Below are positions 60,728-60,764 of a DNA stretch of 60,764 nt, one piece after another. Source of the DNA: an uncultured Methylococcaceae bacterium (GTDB lineage Bacteria; Pseudomonadota; Gammaproteobacteria; Methylococcales; Methylomonadaceae); NCBI GenBank assembly GCA_903918335.1, contig CAIXDX010000103.1:1-60764 (forward strand), given 5' to 3'. The position numbers were made by a program, and so were the translations under genes. Below the pieces are notes generated by a model. The model was given only the letters and a program-made list of their open reading frames with translations. It was not told the DNA's origin and searched no databases. Every line of letters begins with the position of its first letter. The stretch's first letter is position 1.

Positions 60728-60764
60728 ATGTCACACCAATCAGATTTAATTAGTACCGATATTA
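60728..60764 (+). CDS. cysN: Sulfate adenylyltransferase subunit 1 (CysN/CysNC), first 12 codons
   Basis: MSHQSDLISTDI immediately after cysD, a typical CysN N-terminus. Confidence 0.75.
   Translation, partial: MSHQSDLISTDI

Overview
AT-rich gammaproteobacterial chromosomal window. The protein content resembles Methylococcales, but that is an impression, not a computed placement. The left ~42 kb is one surface-biogenesis island: a T1SS ABC transporter start with a 1465-aa repetitive S-layer-like protein, a TPR lipoprotein, a T2SS operon (gspCDEFGHIJKLM), a ribbon-helix-helix regulator, an apparently highly expressed secreted Cys-containing PstS/DING-like protein, a TpsB transporter with a 3580-aa TpsA, DUF2341/LamG-ExbB, ExbD, TonB, an outer-membrane porin, a coiled-coil protein and exeAB. 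This content recalls the phosphate-starvation hxc-lap-pdtAB-exbBD-tonB locus of Pseudomonas aeruginosa, without its ECF sigma/anti-sigma genes. Up to seven promoters in the island share Pho-box-like 11-bp-spaced repeats 10-11 bp upstream of a -10 hexamer, suggesting one regulon. The right ~19 kb holds a retropepsin-like protease, ppsA, acs, a sensor diguanylate cyclase, a copper cluster (NlpE-N protein, creA, cupredoxin, two-domain multicopper oxidase), a Gld-like ABC system, hflD, copZ-copA, cysD and the start of cysN. No rRNA, tRNA, CRISPR or mobile element was seen. All family calls come from motif reading, not database searches.
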